The position numbers were made by a program, and so were the translations under genes. A stretch of DNA of 64,000 bases, taken from assembly GCA_963733035.1 (NCBI GenBank), contig CAVTBU010000006.1, forward strand, positions 384,001 through 448,000, read 5' to 3'. This document shows, in pieces, positions 39,445 through 51,547 of the stretch. Source of the DNA: Pirellulales bacterium (GTDB taxonomy: Bacteria; Planctomycetota; Planctomycetia; Pirellulales; PALSA-1355). Position 1 is the first letter of the stretch; each line of letters begins with the position of its first letter. The notes beneath the pieces were generated by a model, which was not told where the DNA came from, searched no databases, and saw only the letters and a program-made list of their open reading frames with translations.

Positions 39445-40134
39445 ATGCTCAAGCAAAGACCAGGGCCTACCGTCCGAGCGATTCCCCGCCAATTTCTCTC
39501 GACGGCCGTCAGCTTTTCCGCCCTGATGCGTCTACACTACCAGGTCATGCCAACGACGGCCGCACCATGCTTGCACGTGAAACATCACTCCGCGGAAGCC
39601 GACGAGCGGCAACTGGCGGCCCGCGTGATGCGGGGCGATCCGGCGGTGCTGGATGCGGTGGTCGAGAAGTACGCCCAACGAGTCATCGGCCTGGCGGCCC
39701 GGCTGCTGGGCTGGGCCGACGGCGCCGAGGACGTGGCCCAGGAGGTGTTTCTGCAGGTCCTGCGCAAAGGGAAACAATTTCGAGGTCAGTCGAGTCTCTG
39801 GACCTGGCTTGCCGCGCTGACGGTCAACCGCTGCCGCAGTGTGCAGCGGCGGAGATGGATTCGCGAGCGCGCTTTGCGAATGGTCGCGATGCAGAGCCGC
39901 GAGGAACAGACAACACATGAACAGGACCTCCAGCGCGATGATGCTGCCGCACACATCCGCGAGGTTGTCGCCACATTGCCCATGGCCGCTCGTGAGGTCA
40001 TTGTACTGCGGTACTTCGAGGAACTGACGATCGAACAGATGGCCCAAGTTCTCGGACTGAAACGAAACGCCATCGAAGCTAGACTTTCGCGTGCCCGAAA
40101 GCAATTGGAGCCACGACTGGCACAGTGGAAATAG
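39445..40134 (+). CDS. ECF RNA polymerase sigma factor (true start uncertain, probably downstream of 39445)
   Basis: AEDVAQEVFL (region 2), FRGQSSLWTWL, VIVLRYFEELT...RLSRARKQL (region 4). Confidence 0.9.
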   Translation: MLKQRPGPTVRAIPRQFLSTAVSFSALMRLHYQVMPTTAAPCLHVKHHSAEADERQLAARVMRGDPAVLDAVVEKYAQRVIGLAARLLGWADGAEDVAQEVFLQVLRKGKQFRGQSSLWTWLAALTVNRCRSVQRRRWIRERALRMVAMQSREEQTTHEQDLQRDDAAAHIREVVATLPMAAREVIVLRYFEELTIEQMAQVLGLKRNAIEARLSRARKQLEPRLAQWK

Positions 40135-40209
40135 TGACCACCGGTTCAGGAAAACGAAAAACGAACGGTGGTGTAGACAGAGGGACGTAGAGGATCGAAA
40201 GCGTTGGGA

Positions 40210-40758
40210 ATGCAAGACGACGAACTGCGCACGATTTTGCAAAGTGCCGAGCGCGATCTGGCTGCTGGCACATTGGACGCGACGAAACTGGCCGCCAGCG
40301 TGCGGTCGTTGCGACGCGCCAGGCATCGCCGCCGGATGATGTGGGCTGCAAGCGTATCGGTTGTCGCAACGATGGCGGGGACCGGTTGGTACATGTCGAG
40401 GGACCTGAATAGTCCGAATGGGAAGCAGGCGCAACAAGTAGCCATTGTCACCGACGAAGAAATCCAACGATTGGAAGCCGAAGCCGCGGCGCACGAGCGA
40501 AACGCCCGCGCGCTGATGGTTGCCCAGCCGGTCAGTTCGCCGCTGGACGACGATCCGCTGGCCGACATCCGCGAGCAGATTGACATCGTGGCCTATCGCA
40601 TGGTCCAGCGGGCAGACGAGCTGCAAGGAGACATGACCTTGACCGAAAAAGCGATCGAAGCCTATCGCAGCGTCCTGCGGCTATTTCCTGGCACCTATTC
40701 CGCCGAAGTGGCCCAGCAGCGGCTTGATGAAATCAAATTTCAGCAGGAGTCTTCCTAA
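40210..40758 (+). CDS. Putative membrane anti-sigma factor
   Basis: Directly downstream of the ECF gene. Short N-terminal domain, basic patch, single TM helix, TPR-like tail. Confidence 0.65.
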   Translation: MQDDELRTILQSAERDLAAGTLDATKLAASVRSLRRARHRRRMMWAASVSVVATMAGTGWYMSRDLNSPNGKQAQQVAIVTDEEIQRLEAEAAAHERNARALMVAQPVSSPLDDDPLADIREQIDIVAYRMVQRADELQGDMTLTEKAIEAYRSVLRLFPGTYSAEVAQQRLDEIKFQQESS

Positions 40759-41897
40759 TGCGAAGTTGCATTGTGGTTCTAATAATCGTCGGACTCTGGG
40801 GAGCGAGATCGGCCCATTCACAAGTGTCGCAGCCGTTTGACTCGCCGACGTCAGCACAACCGTCAAGCGAGGCGGTGGGACGTCTGAGATCGAGCATCGG
40901 TAATATCGACAGCGACCTTAGCGACTTTTTGCATTCCGAGGCATTTCGACGTGAGACGATACGCGAGGCTGCGGGAATCGACCCAAAAGCATCTGATGAG
41001 AATCTTCCGAGAATCGAAATCCAGCGGATGGACGGTCCGGGTGTTGCGGGTCTCAAGTTTCAAGTGAAATCGTACGACCCCAAAGTTCCTGCGGAAAAAG
41101 TGTTGGAGAGCTTAAAGGACGTCGTTACGGACATGCTGCGGAAGTTGGACGATTTTCACCTGCGAAAGATGGTGCAGCGTGATGTGCAAGGTGCACAATT
41201 GGAATCGCTCGCAGCAAACCTCCAAAAGGAACGCGATTCTTTACTGGCGCTGGCGAAAATTCACCACGTCGAACTCAACCCAGCCGTGGCCACGGAAAAA
41301 CGGATTCGCCTGGAAGCGGAACTCGAACGTCTAGATATCGAGTTCCAAGGCTTGGAGGCGAGGCGAACCGTGCTCGAGCAACAAATTGCTGAACTTGGCA
41401 AGCAGGTTGAGTCGGGTCTTAGCGCCGATCCGGTCGTCCTCAGGGAGCTAGCAAAATCGGTTGAGGCGCGCAAGCGAATTCTTGAGGCCAAGCAGGCGCA
41501 GTTCAATTCCAACAACATCACGGTTGATGTGGTGGAAACAGCCCGGGACCAACTGGCCCAGGCAGAAGCCGAACTGGCTCGTTACCGCCGGGCGGCGGCG
41601 GATGCCGCCGGCGGACAGCGCGTGATGGAATTGCGGCGGCGGCTGGAGGACACGGCCATCGAATTGGCCGAGATCCGTGCGAAGCAAAAGATCGTCAAGG
41701 AACTCGCGGCCGCTGCCGGCAATCAGTCACCGCAAATCGAAATCAAGCAAATGCAACTCGAGCTGATGGAGCAGCTGTACCGCCAAGCCAGCGAACAGTT
41801 CAACAAACTGAACCTGGAAGTGCAGCAGTACGTTCCGCCCACGGTGACACTCATCCCGCTGAGCCACGCGGCGCCAACCCCCGCCAACGATCCCTAG
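40758..41897 (+). CDS. Secreted long coiled-coil hypothetical protein
   Basis: Signal peptide. Heptad-rich E/L/A/Q/K composition. TAATG coupling to the previous gene. Confidence 0.7.
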   Translation: MRSCIVVLIIVGLWGARSAHSQVSQPFDSPTSAQPSSEAVGRLRSSIGNIDSDLSDFLHSEAFRRETIREAAGIDPKASDENLPRIEIQRMDGPGVAGLKFQVKSYDPKVPAEKVLESLKDVVTDMLRKLDDFHLRKMVQRDVQGAQLESLAANLQKERDSLLALAKIHHVELNPAVATEKRIRLEAELERLDIEFQGLEARRTVLEQQIAELGKQVESGLSADPVVLRELAKSVEARKRILEAKQAQFNSNNITVDVVETARDQLAQAEAELARYRRAAADAAGGQRVMELRRRLEDTAIELAEIRAKQKIVKELAAAAGNQSPQIEIKQMQLELMEQLYRQASEQFNKLNLEVQQYVPPTVTLIPLSHAAPTPANDP

Positions 41898-42055
41898 ACG
41901 ACGTCGGCAGCCCCAACACCGACGCCCTCCGTATATCGTCATTCGCAGTGAATCACCGCAGTTGATCCCATCAGCCGGATTTGATAGGATCAACGTTGAG
42001 ACCCACCTACCAGAAACACGCTCGCCGCTATCCCCGCCCACCTGGAGGACGAGCC

Positions 42056-43399
42056 ATGCTGACGATTCCCGGACGCCCGCTGCACGGCTTTTGCGATGGA
42101 CTTTCGCGCCGCTCGTTTTTGAAGATCGGCGGGCTCGCCCTTGGCGGGCTGACGCTGCCGCAAATTATGCAGGCGCAAGCCGCCTCGGGCAGTCGGCATT
42201 CGCACAAGGGGATCATCATGATCTTCTTGCCGGGCGGGCCACCGCACCAGGACTTTTTTGATCTGAAGATGGACGCCCCGTCCGAAGTCCGCGGCGAGTT
42301 CCGGCCCATTCGCACCAACGTCTCGGGCATCGAGATCTGCGAGCACTTCCCTGGCCTGGCCCAACGGATGGACAAGCTCGTGCCGATCCGTTCGATCGTG
42401 GGTGCCAGTGGCGCGCACGACGCCTTCGAGTGCCAGACCGGGCGCCGTCGACGCGGGCCGCAACCGGCCGGCGGTTGGCCATCGCTCGGCTCGGTGCTCT
42501 CGAAACTCGAAGGCGCCGCACACCCGGCGATGCCGCCGTTCGTCGGCCTTGCGCCCAAGATGGGACACATGGAATGGGCCGACCCGGGGCAGCCGGGCTA
42601 CCTGGGCGTGGCTCATGCGCCGTTCAAGCCGTCGGGTGAAGGCAAGGAAGACATGGTGCTTAACGGCGTCACGCTCGACCGACTATCGGACCGCAAGGCG
42701 CTGCTGACCAGCTTCGACAACTTTCGCCGCGAGGCCGACGCCAGCGGCATGATGCACGGGCTAGACAACTTCAATCAGCAGGCCTTCGGGGTGCTCACTT
42801 CCAGCCGCCTGATGGACGCGCTCGACATTGAAAAGGAAGATCCCAAGATTCGCGAGCGCTACGGCAAGGGCGATCCCCGCAATCGCAACGACGGCGGTCC
42901 GAAACTGATGGAGCACTTTCTTATCGCGCGTCGGCTGATCGAAGCCGGCACGCGCTGCGTGACGCTGGCCTTTAGCCGCTGGGATCACCATGGTGATAAC
43001 TTCGGCGCCTGCCGCCAGGATATGCCGATGCTCGATCAAGGTCTTTCAGCGCTGATCGACGACATACACCAGCGCGGTCTGGATAAGGACGTTTCGGTCG
43101 TCGTGTGGGGCGAATTCGGCCGCACGCCCAAGATCAATGCCCAGGCCGGACGCGACCATTGGCCCGCTGTTTCGTGCGGGTTGCTCTTTGGCGGCGGCAT
43201 GCGCACGGGCCAGGTGATTGGTTCGACTGACCGATTGGGTGGCGAAGCCAAGGACCGCCCAGTGCATTTCCAGGAAGTGTTCGCCACGCTCTATCACCGC
43301 CTGGGGATCGACGTCAACCAGGTGACGCTCCGCGATCTCAGCGGTCGCCCCCAATATCTGGTCGACCACGCATACCAACCGATGTCGGAACTGATCTAG
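42056..43399 (+). CDS. DUF1501 domain protein (twin-arginine-like N-terminus)
   Basis: [44 protein letters not shown]. Confidence 0.92.
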   Translation: MLTIPGRPLHGFCDGLSRRSFLKIGGLALGGLTLPQIMQAQAASGSRHSHKGIIMIFLPGGPPHQDFFDLKMDAPSEVRGEFRPIRTNVSGIEICEHFPGLAQRMDKLVPIRSIVGASGAHDAFECQTGRRRRGPQPAGGWPSLGSVLSKLEGAAHPAMPPFVGLAPKMGHMEWADPGQPGYLGVAHAPFKPSGEGKEDMVLNGVTLDRLSDRKALLTSFDNFRREADASGMMHGLDNFNQQAFGVLTSSRLMDALDIEKEDPKIRERYGKGDPRNRNDGGPKLMEHFLIARRLIEAGTRCVTLAFSRWDHHGDNFGACRQDMPMLDQGLSALIDDIHQRGLDKDVSVVVWGEFGRTPKINAQAGRDHWPAVSCGLLFGGGMRTGQVIGSTDRLGGEAKDRPVHFQEVFATLYHRLGIDVNQVTLRDLSGRPQYLVDHAYQPMSELI

Positions 43400-43478
43400 T
43401 TCGGTTGAGTTTTCCATACGACATGAATCACCGCGGAGTGATGCTGCGCGGGTCCAACTCCGCCGATTCCGGTCTCAA

Positions 43479-46400
43479 CTACTCAAGCCCATACAATCCG
43501 GCCAGTGGCACGGCCATGGGCGTGGCCAGGCCCATGCGGCCTTGCAAGAACCGCGGCTGGATGGCGAACGTGGCGCCGACGTTGTTCTTACTCGTGTCGA
43601 CGTTGACGATCAGACTGGTGAGGAATGATTCGCCAATGCGAGTGAGCATCAGATTCTGGCCAATGTTTCTCGCACTGTGGAAGTCGTAGGTGGTGCCGAA
43701 AGAAGACAGCCACTTGGGACTCATCCGGTAGCTGTAGTTGAATGCCATCACATTGCTAATGATTGGGCCTTGCAGCGAATAGAATCCCATGTAGATCGAA
43801 CCACGCGGCGGTCGATTGAGGTAGCCGCCCAGCGTGAAGTACTTGCCGGCCTGATTGAAGAAGTCGAAGTAGCCGTCGGAGACCACCGTGGTGCGATCGC
43901 CGACGTGCCAACGGAAATCGTAGTCAACCAGGCCGATTGTCGAGCCGAAGTTGTCGCGGTTCGGATTGGGAAACAGTGTGGCGTCCATGTTGAGCGTGAT
44001 CCAGTCGACGATGTGTGGGTTCGATAGCGGGCCACGCTTGGTTTGCCACCGCTGCCGAGCGCCGAGGCGGGCTGTGAACAGGTCTCCAGCGATTTCCATC
44101 GACGGTGACGCAACGTAACCGCCCAGCCCACGCCGCAGGGCATAGTAACGTTCGTCGAATCGGGTTGGTACGGGTGGCGGACCACCAAAGTCGAAGAACG
44201 GGAACCAACGGCGATACGCTTCGATGTTGTTGTCGTCTATTTGATCGTAGAGCGGCAAGGTGTTCAGGTTCTGCGTGCTCTGGGCGTAGAAAATATCGGT
44301 GTCGAGCACGACCTTGTGCGCCAGGCCGTTGACGTTGAACAGTTCGCTTTTCGCCATCGGATTGACCGACCACATCGACGTGCTGGCCCGCATGCCAAAC
44401 GCGCCGTACGCGCGATTCTCCGGATCAAAATTCAAATTCTGACCCCAGCGAGCCAGTTCGCCGAGCAGGTAGGGGTCGAATTTCACGGCTCCCATCGCGA
44501 AGGGAAAGTCAATTTCGTGTCGGGTGATGAGTCGTTCGCCGGGACGCGTGGTATTGGCTGGTGCTTCCCACGGCAGCGGACCCCACATCGCGGCTTGTGT
44601 CGGATCGGTTGGCGGCTGGGCGCTCTGGAATCTCGCAAACGCCAGGCTGGTGTGCTCGTACCACGTGAGTCGATCGCCGAGCAACGGTTCGGCAATCCAG
44701 AAGTGATCGGCCCGCGGTAACCATTCGGTTTCCGTGAAGAAAGGGTTGAGTCGCAGCGAGCCCACGACGCTCCAGGTGCTATTGTCGAGATACTGCTTGA
44801 GCTCGAAATCGGTCGTTTGGTCCTTGAGTTGGTCGTATTCGCGCTCGAAGTATTGCTCGAGGAAATTGAAGTCGCTGATCAGGCCCACTTCGCCGGTCAA
44901 TTGGAAGTTCTGCGGCAGCAGGCTGCGATGCTGCCAAAGCACGCGACCTCGGTAGCTCTTTTCAGGCGGGATGTCGCGGCGCAAGAGACCGAGGTTATCG
45001 AACCCGTGATCCTTGATTGCCCAGGCATCGAGGAAGCCGTTCGTGCTGTCGGGAATGCCGAACAGAGATTGCCGTTCGTAGTTGAACGTCGTGCCGTAGC
45101 CGAAGCCGCGCTTGCTGAGGTAGTCGGCACTGGCGGTCCACTTCGTGCCGGGCGGCGGATTGCGCAGGCCGAGAACTTGGTAGGCATCGATGTCGGTCAG
45201 GAACTGCGTACCGAAGACCTTGTCTTGCCGGAACTGGAAATCGTCAACGTAAAAGTTCGGTTGGTCCAGGTTCGTGGCGAAAAATGGCCAGTAGAAGACC
45301 GGAATCTCGTTCAAGTACACCAGATTGTTGCGACTGGAAACCAGCTGCTCATGGTCCACCAGCGGCTCACCCTTGTCGTCAATTTCCGGCAACTGGGTAA
45401 ACGGGTTGATCCGCGGGTGCTGGACGTCATCGTAGGTGATTGTGCCACTACGGATCTCGTAGGTCGGGATGCCCATCCGGCTTGAGGTGACCGAGGCGTT
45501 TTGAGCCACGAACCGGTCGCGAGCCAATTGCTGCACGACCTCGGCCCGCAGCTTCACTTTGCCGTCGTAGCCCGGCGCATCGGTGATCACTTCGGCATCG
45601 AGCACGATACCCACCTCGCGGCGGACATCAAAGTACATTCGTTGAGCAAAGATCACCCGTTCGCCTTGCCGGAAGACGACGTTGCCCTCCATGTAGATTT
45701 CCAGCGGCTGATCCTTGTTTTGGATCTGGCCGTCGCGGGACTGCTCCAGCGAGCCGACCGTCCACATCACCAGGTTGTCGGTTTCGACGTCAATCGATCC
45801 GAAATTGTCGAGGCCATCGACGATGATGTTCAGGTTTTTGCCGATGGCAATGACTTCACCAGTGGCCGCATTCTGCGTGCTTTCTAATTCCAGGTTTGTG
45901 TGGCTCGCGGTAAGACTCGCACGCGACGAGTGTCGGTCGGCGGTGTGATCGTTCGCGGTGGCGGCGCGATCGGTTCGGCAAATTGCGCGGGACGCACCTG
46001 TCCGGGCGGGCTCAGTCCCAGATTTGCGGCTCCCCGCCAATAGAGCTCGGGCTTGGCCTGCGGCGGCGCGGCAAACGAAATCGGCGTCACCTCGACGGGT
46101 AGCGCGGAGTAGAACCGACCAAACCACTGCCGGTCCTTGAGCGTAGCCGTGCCGATGGTTTGGGATTCCCCCGGTTGATTCTTTCCATCGGCCTGGTAAT
46201 TGATTTCCACGTCACCTTCCAGGTAGGCGATCAGCTTGTGAGGTGGCTCGCCGTTCGGACCGCCGCGTTCGACCCACAACACGGCTTGTTTGCTGCGGGC
46301 ATAAGTCAGTCCTTGGTTGACGTAGCAATTTCCTTCCAGCAGGTAGACGTCGTAAACGCCTTCGACCCAGTGCGTTCCGCCGTCCGCAGCAATGGTGATG

Positions 46401-46555
46401 CGGTCGTTGAGGTTGCCTTCGGGAAGCTGGACCTGGGAGAGTGCCGATGAGGCGATCCACGTCCAGCACGTTGCGGCCAGGAGAACGTGCGACCACATGG
46501 CGCGCAGCACCGACGACGGCGCGTAAGCGCAAGTCGCGCGCAAGCGTGCGTGCAC
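43479..46555 (-). CDS. lptD: LptD/OstA-like outer-membrane assembly beta-barrel, frameshifted near 45905
   Basis: N-terminal beta-jellyroll-like repeats (IAYLEGDV, IYMEGNVVFRQG). IPVFYWP. Aromatic-rich barrel. Split over ORFs 45884..46555 and 43479..46127. Confidence 0.75.
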
Positions 46556-46694
46556 GTTGTCAGTTGGACCGGCGTTCAGAGAAGTGACTTCCTACGGTTG
46601 CCCGAAGCGCCCCGTGGACCAAGAACTGGCGGCGCGCTCCGCGAATCGCAAAATGAAGTGACGAAAGTTTTTATGGTCGAAATGAGCGGGCGGG

Positions 46695-46724
46695 ATTATA
46701 GGGGCGAGCCGGCGCCAACGTCAA
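46695..46724 (-). promoter_or_regulatory. Sigma-70 promoter upstream of the lptD-like gene
   Basis: TTGACG-18 bp-TATAAT on the minus strand. Confidence 0.65.
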
Positions 46725-46909
46725 GGCAGCTTGTTGCGACTTAAATTGCTGTGTAACAAGTACTTGCGATGCTTCTTTGCCGCGTTGTCGGAGTAACCGG
46801 CGCTGTGGCTCGCGACGCCAGCGGTGACAGTGTCCGATTGCGCAGCGTCCAAACCTGTTGCTAGCAGCCGGTCGGACTCTTGCCAGGCCGTACGGAGAGG
46901 ATGACGCGG

Positions 46910-49236
46910 CTACTGATGAAAAGAGTACAAGAGAACGTTTAGCCCGATCCGAGCGGCGTCCTTTCGAGTGTATCCGGCGCACTCGAGCGACTCGTGGTTC
47001 TCAAGTGCGCAGCTGATGTCGTAGGGCGAAAAGATCACCGCGTAGCGATCCCCCAATTTGATGCCTTCTAAATAGGGTTCTCCCTGGCGTGTGAGCGACC
47101 GTAGCGGGCCGTCGCCCGCCTGAGCGGGCTCGCGGCGCTCGACGACGGACAGATCATCACCGCCGTACTCGGGCGTGAACATAGGATGGGTTGGCGGAAT
47201 GCGTTCGAGCCGGTGTTCGGGAAACAACTCGGCCATTTCCCGCGCAAACGATTCGTTGAACTCGCGACTGGAGCAAATCGCATCGGAGAAGAGCATGCCG
47301 CCGCGCTCCAGGTAAGTGCGCAGCTGTTTGCGCTCGGCCGGTGTGAGGCGAAAGGTGTGCCGCCCATGCATGAACACAAGATGGTAGCGAAACAACTGTG
47401 GGTCGGTCATGGCCAACTCGCGCGGTTGTAGTTCGACGCGCAATTGCAACTTTTCGCTGGCAAGTTGCATCAGATTCACGAGCGCGCCGGCGCGGCGTTG
47501 CAGCCGCCGGGGTGTTGTAGCCGGGCAGTGTACAATTTGCCGCGATCGAAATTGTCGGAGGGCTTCGCGTCGTCAGCCGTGACGAAGAACTCGTTCTTGA
47601 ATTTGACCTCGCGATTCGTGGCATAAGCCACCACGTTGGCGCCCATTGCCAGGCAGGCGTCTGCCTCGGCACGAATCGCCGGCGGCAAGTTGTCCTCGCG
47701 CCCGGTACGCGCCAGTTCCCAATAGCACGACAGGTCATCGGGACAGAACACCACGCTCGTGCGGCAACCGACGTCGATGCCCCACAGCGGCCGGGCAAAC
47801 TTCGGGTCGACCGGCAGCTCGGCGCGCCAAATCGGATGTTCGGGGGGGAGTAGCCGCAACCGGTATTCCTGTTCGGGAAACACGTCGCGCATCAATTGCT
47901 GAAAGCCTTCGTCGAACGCGGTGCCGTCGCAGCAGCCTTCGGCAAACAGAAATCCGCCGCGATCTACGTAGTCGCGCAGTCTGCGCTTTTCCTCCGGCGT
48001 GAACACTGGCGTTTCGCGGCCGTTCATGAACAGCACCGGCGCTTGCAACAAATCTTCAACCGTGGCCGCGGCCGCATTCACCACTTGCCAGGTAAGATCG
48101 CGTTGCCACAGTTTTTCGACGTAGCTGGTCAGATTGGCAAGGTCGTGACGATGGTTGTTCCAGTCACCCGGCGGATCGTGTTTTAGTTTGGCTACCAGCA
48201 CGGGACGACGCCCCTTGGCCAGAAACAACAGCCCGAAACTGGTGCCGACCACGGGATTGTTTTCGGCAATTCCGGAGCCCTTCCAGTAGCCCGAAAGTCC
48301 ATCTTGCATGCGGACGAGCATGTCGCTGCCTTCCCGATACCAATCGTGGTCGCCGATGAAGCGCTGGGCCGTCATGCGACCCGTACGTTCCACGCCGTAT
48401 AGGTAGTACAGCAGGTTCGATGCCGACGCATCGGGGCCGGCGGCGCTGGTGGGATTTGTGTGTACCGAGTAGTTCCGCTCGAGCCAGTTCAGTCCGTTCT
48501 CGATCATCTGGTTGACGTTTTGGGCACCGCAGCAGCGGACCTGGCCGTCGACGATCTCGGCATCACCGGTGTTCAGCTGCCCGGAGGCAATGATGACCGA
48601 AGTGATGCCTGCGCAAGTCATGCTGCCAGTGCCGGGACGACCCTTGATGTAGGCCCAGGAGCCGTCCTGGTTCTGCATCGATTGCCAGTATTGCAGCGCG
48701 AGTCGCCAGGTCCGCTGGTTGACTTTAACGCCGGCCCGCTCCGCTTCGTAGAGTGCGAGCAGGGCGAACTGAGAATTGGACGGATCGCCGCCTGAGCCGC
48801 CGCCTTTGGAAGGATAGGACCAACCGCCACGTCGTTCGTTGTCGGTGATTTGCGTGCCTTCGAGCCACTTCACGTTTTGACGAATCAGTAGCAAATCCTT
48901 TTTCGGTTCCGCGGCGCAAAACACCATCGTCTGTAGCGCCGCGACATAGGTTTGGGCCGGTCGCATTGTGCGGAGATTGGCCAGCGCCGTTTCAACGCGG
49001 GGATCGGCGGCCGGTACGCCTGCATTGAGCAGGGCAAGGGTGCAAAGCGCGGTTACTCCGCCCGGAAAGCCCGCGTACTCGTCCCAAGTGCCGTTTCGAT
49101 TTTGCTGCCGTTCGAGGTACGAGATGGCACGGTCGATCGACTGGCGGACCTGCTCGGCCGTGATCTCGGCCCGGGCCATCCTTGTCGACCCGATTGCCAA
49201 GAGCGCGACAAGCGCGACCCGTGTCTTGTATCGCAT
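46910..49236 (-). CDS. Secreted prenyltransferase-like-repeat + tandem DUF4159 protein, frameshifted near 47480
   Basis: QNRNGTW and QNQDGSW repeats, YYLYGVER, DWYREG. Two DUF4159-like units (LRDYVDRGGFLF, LRTYLERGGMLF). Confidence 0.8.
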
Positions 49237-49519
49237 CGTGCCATTCCTTTTCCGCTGGCGATCCTCATCCTCGTCATAACCATCTTAGGCGGTTTGGGTT
49301 AGGCCGGCAAACGCGCCCACGCCAAGACGTTGCTTGCCTAAGGACAGAGCTATAATATTGGGATGTATGCTTGGCACAGGCCGCTGTGCCCCGCCGAGCG
49401 CGGTGGCCCCCGGTTTGGCCCCCAAGCATGCGCGAAAGTTGGTGTCCAGCGCGGCTGATCGACGAGCGCGCGTGCGACCGGTAAACTTCCTACCCGCGCT
49501 CGATTAAGGATTTCGCGAC

Positions 49520-50539
49520 TTGGCCACCAAGCCCCGTAGCCTTGGAGACATCCTGCAGGAGTTCAGTCAGCATCGACGGCTCATGCAGGAGGAATTGCAG
49601 AAGGTGATCGTCGGGCAAGACGAAGTCATCGAGCAAATCTTCGCCGCCATCTTCACCCGCGGCCATTGCCTGCTCGTGGGCGTGCCAGGGCTAGCGAAGA
49701 CGCTGATGGTCAGCACGCTGGCTCGAATTCTCGACATCCACTTCAAACGCATTCAGTTTACTCCCGACCTGATGCCCTCGGACATTACGGGCACCAATGT
49801 GCTGGAGGAAGACGAGCACGGCCGGCGGCAGTTTCGCTTCGTCGAAGGGCCGATATTCACGAACATCCTGCTGGCCGACGAAATCAACCGTACGCCACCC
49901 AAGACTCAGGCCGCGCTTCTGCAAGCCATGCAAGAGCGCGAAGTGACGGTGGGCCAAACGACCTATCCGCTTCCCGAGCCATTCTTCACCATTGCGACGC
50001 AGAATCCGATCGAACAGGAGGGGACCTACCCGCTCCCCGAAGCGCAATTGGACCGCTTCATGTTCAACATCAAAGTCGACTATCCGACGGCTGACGAGGA
50101 AGAGCGCATCCTTTCGTCGACCACGCGCGGCGAAAAGCCCGAAATTCGCAAAGTGCTTTCCGGCCGCGCGATTCTTAATCTGCAGAAGCTCGTTGGCTCG
50201 GTGGCCGTCAGCGAATACATCATCAAGTACGTGGCCAATCTTGTAAGGGCCACGCGTCCCAAGAGCGACTCGGCGCCAGAGTTCGTGCGCGAGTTGGTCG
50301 ATTGGGGTGCCGGTCCGCGCGCCGGGCAGTTTTTGATCCACGGCGGCAAAGCGCTGGCCGCCATGGACGGTCGGTTTTCCGTGGCGATTGAAGACATTCG
50401 CAAGGTCGCCGTGCCGGTACTGCGCCACCGCGTGGCCACGAATTTTCAAGCCCAGGCCGAGGGGATGGCTACTGAGGATGTCATCGAGCGATTGTTGCGG
50501 GAATTGCCAACTCCCGAGATCCCCAAGTTTGCCGGATGA
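49520..50539 (+). CDS. moxR: MoxR-family AAA+ ATPase
   Basis: GVPGLAKT, RIQFTPDLMPSD, LADEINR, ATQNPIEQEGTYPLPEAQLDRF. Confidence 0.95.
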   Translation: MATKPRSLGDILQEFSQHRRLMQEELQKVIVGQDEVIEQIFAAIFTRGHCLLVGVPGLAKTLMVSTLARILDIHFKRIQFTPDLMPSDITGTNVLEEDEHGRRQFRFVEGPIFTNILLADEINRTPPKTQAALLQAMQEREVTVGQTTYPLPEPFFTIATQNPIEQEGTYPLPEAQLDRFMFNIKVDYPTADEEERILSSTTRGEKPEIRKVLSGRAILNLQKLVGSVAVSEYIIKYVANLVRATRPKSDSAPEFVRELVDWGAGPRAGQFLIHGGKALAAMDGRFSVAIEDIRKVAVPVLRHRVATNFQAQAEGMATEDVIERLLRELPTPEIPKFAG

Positions 50540-50580
50540 ACGTAGCCGAGATCGCGGCGTAGAAGGAAAGGGGCAGGGGT

Positions 50581-50616
50581 CCCAGGGAAGGAATTTCCTG
50601 GGCTTTTGTTGTTTTT
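50581..50616 (+). terminator. Intrinsic-terminator-like hairpin between moxR and the DUF58 gene
   Basis: CCCAGGGA-AGGAAT-TTCCTGGG followed by CTTTTGTTGTTTTT. Confidence 0.6.
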
Positions 50617-50652
50617 GGCGCGTCCCGCGGGGCGCGAGGAATAGGTGCGGCA

Positions 50653-51547
50653 ATGCCCGCGGTCGAGCAGTATCTGAAGCCCGAAGTGATCCGCCAGATC
50701 TCGCGGCTCGACTTGCGCGCAGTTCATTGTGAAAGGTTTTTTGCAGGGTCTGCACGCCAGCCCGTTCCACGGCTTTTCGGTGGAATTCAGTGAGCATCGC
50801 AAGTACACGCAGGGGGACGAACCGAAGGATATCGACTGGCTGGTTTACGCGAAAACAGACAAGTACTACGTCAAGAAATTCGAGGCCGAAACGAACATCA
50901 CCGGTTATCTGGTAATGGACCTGAGCCGCTCGATGGCCTACACCTATCGCCAGGAACTGACGAAGTTCGACTATGCGATCTGCCTGGCTGCGGCCCTTTG
51001 CTACTTGATGATCCACCAGCAGGACCCGGTGGGCCTGGTCACCTTCGACACGAGGATTCGCCAGAGCCTGCCGCCGCGCAGTAAACGTGCCCAACTCGGA
51101 AACGTCCTCTCGCTATTGGCCAACCTCAAACCTAGTGGCGAGACCGACATCGCCAAAAGTCTTATTCAGCTTGCTGCGATGCTCAAGCATCGCAGCCTGG
51201 TGATGTTGTTTAGCGATCTGTTTGCCGACCCCGAGGAAGTGATCAAATCGCTGCGTCGCCTGCGCCACGGCGGACATGACGTGATTCTGTTTCACGTACT
51301 CGACGAAGCCGAGGTGCGTTTCCCGTTTGACGGCGTCATTGAATTCGAGGAGCCCGAGTCGCACGAGAAACTGCAAATCGATGCCGGTAGTTTTCGTGCG
51401 GACTACCTGAGCGAAATTCAAGCCTTTTGCGAGATGTATCGCCGCGAGTGCTTCCAGAACGGCATCGACTATGTGCAACTCGATACGAGCATGCAATTCG
51501 ACCGTGCGCTAACCGAGTACCTCGCCAACCGTCGCGGGAGGTACTAA
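50653..51547 (+). CDS. DUF58 (vWA-like) protein, frameshifted near 50720
   Basis: GLHASPFHGFSVEFSEHRKY..GD, IDW, MDLSRSM. N-terminus MPAVEQYLKPEVIRQISRL lies in another frame. Confidence 0.9.

Noticed and set aside
43479..46555. lptD and other split genes as true pseudogenes or programmed frameshifts
   Set aside because: No slippery heptamers or secondary decay noticed, both halves are intact, and the pattern is window-wide. Sequencing indels are the simpler explanation.
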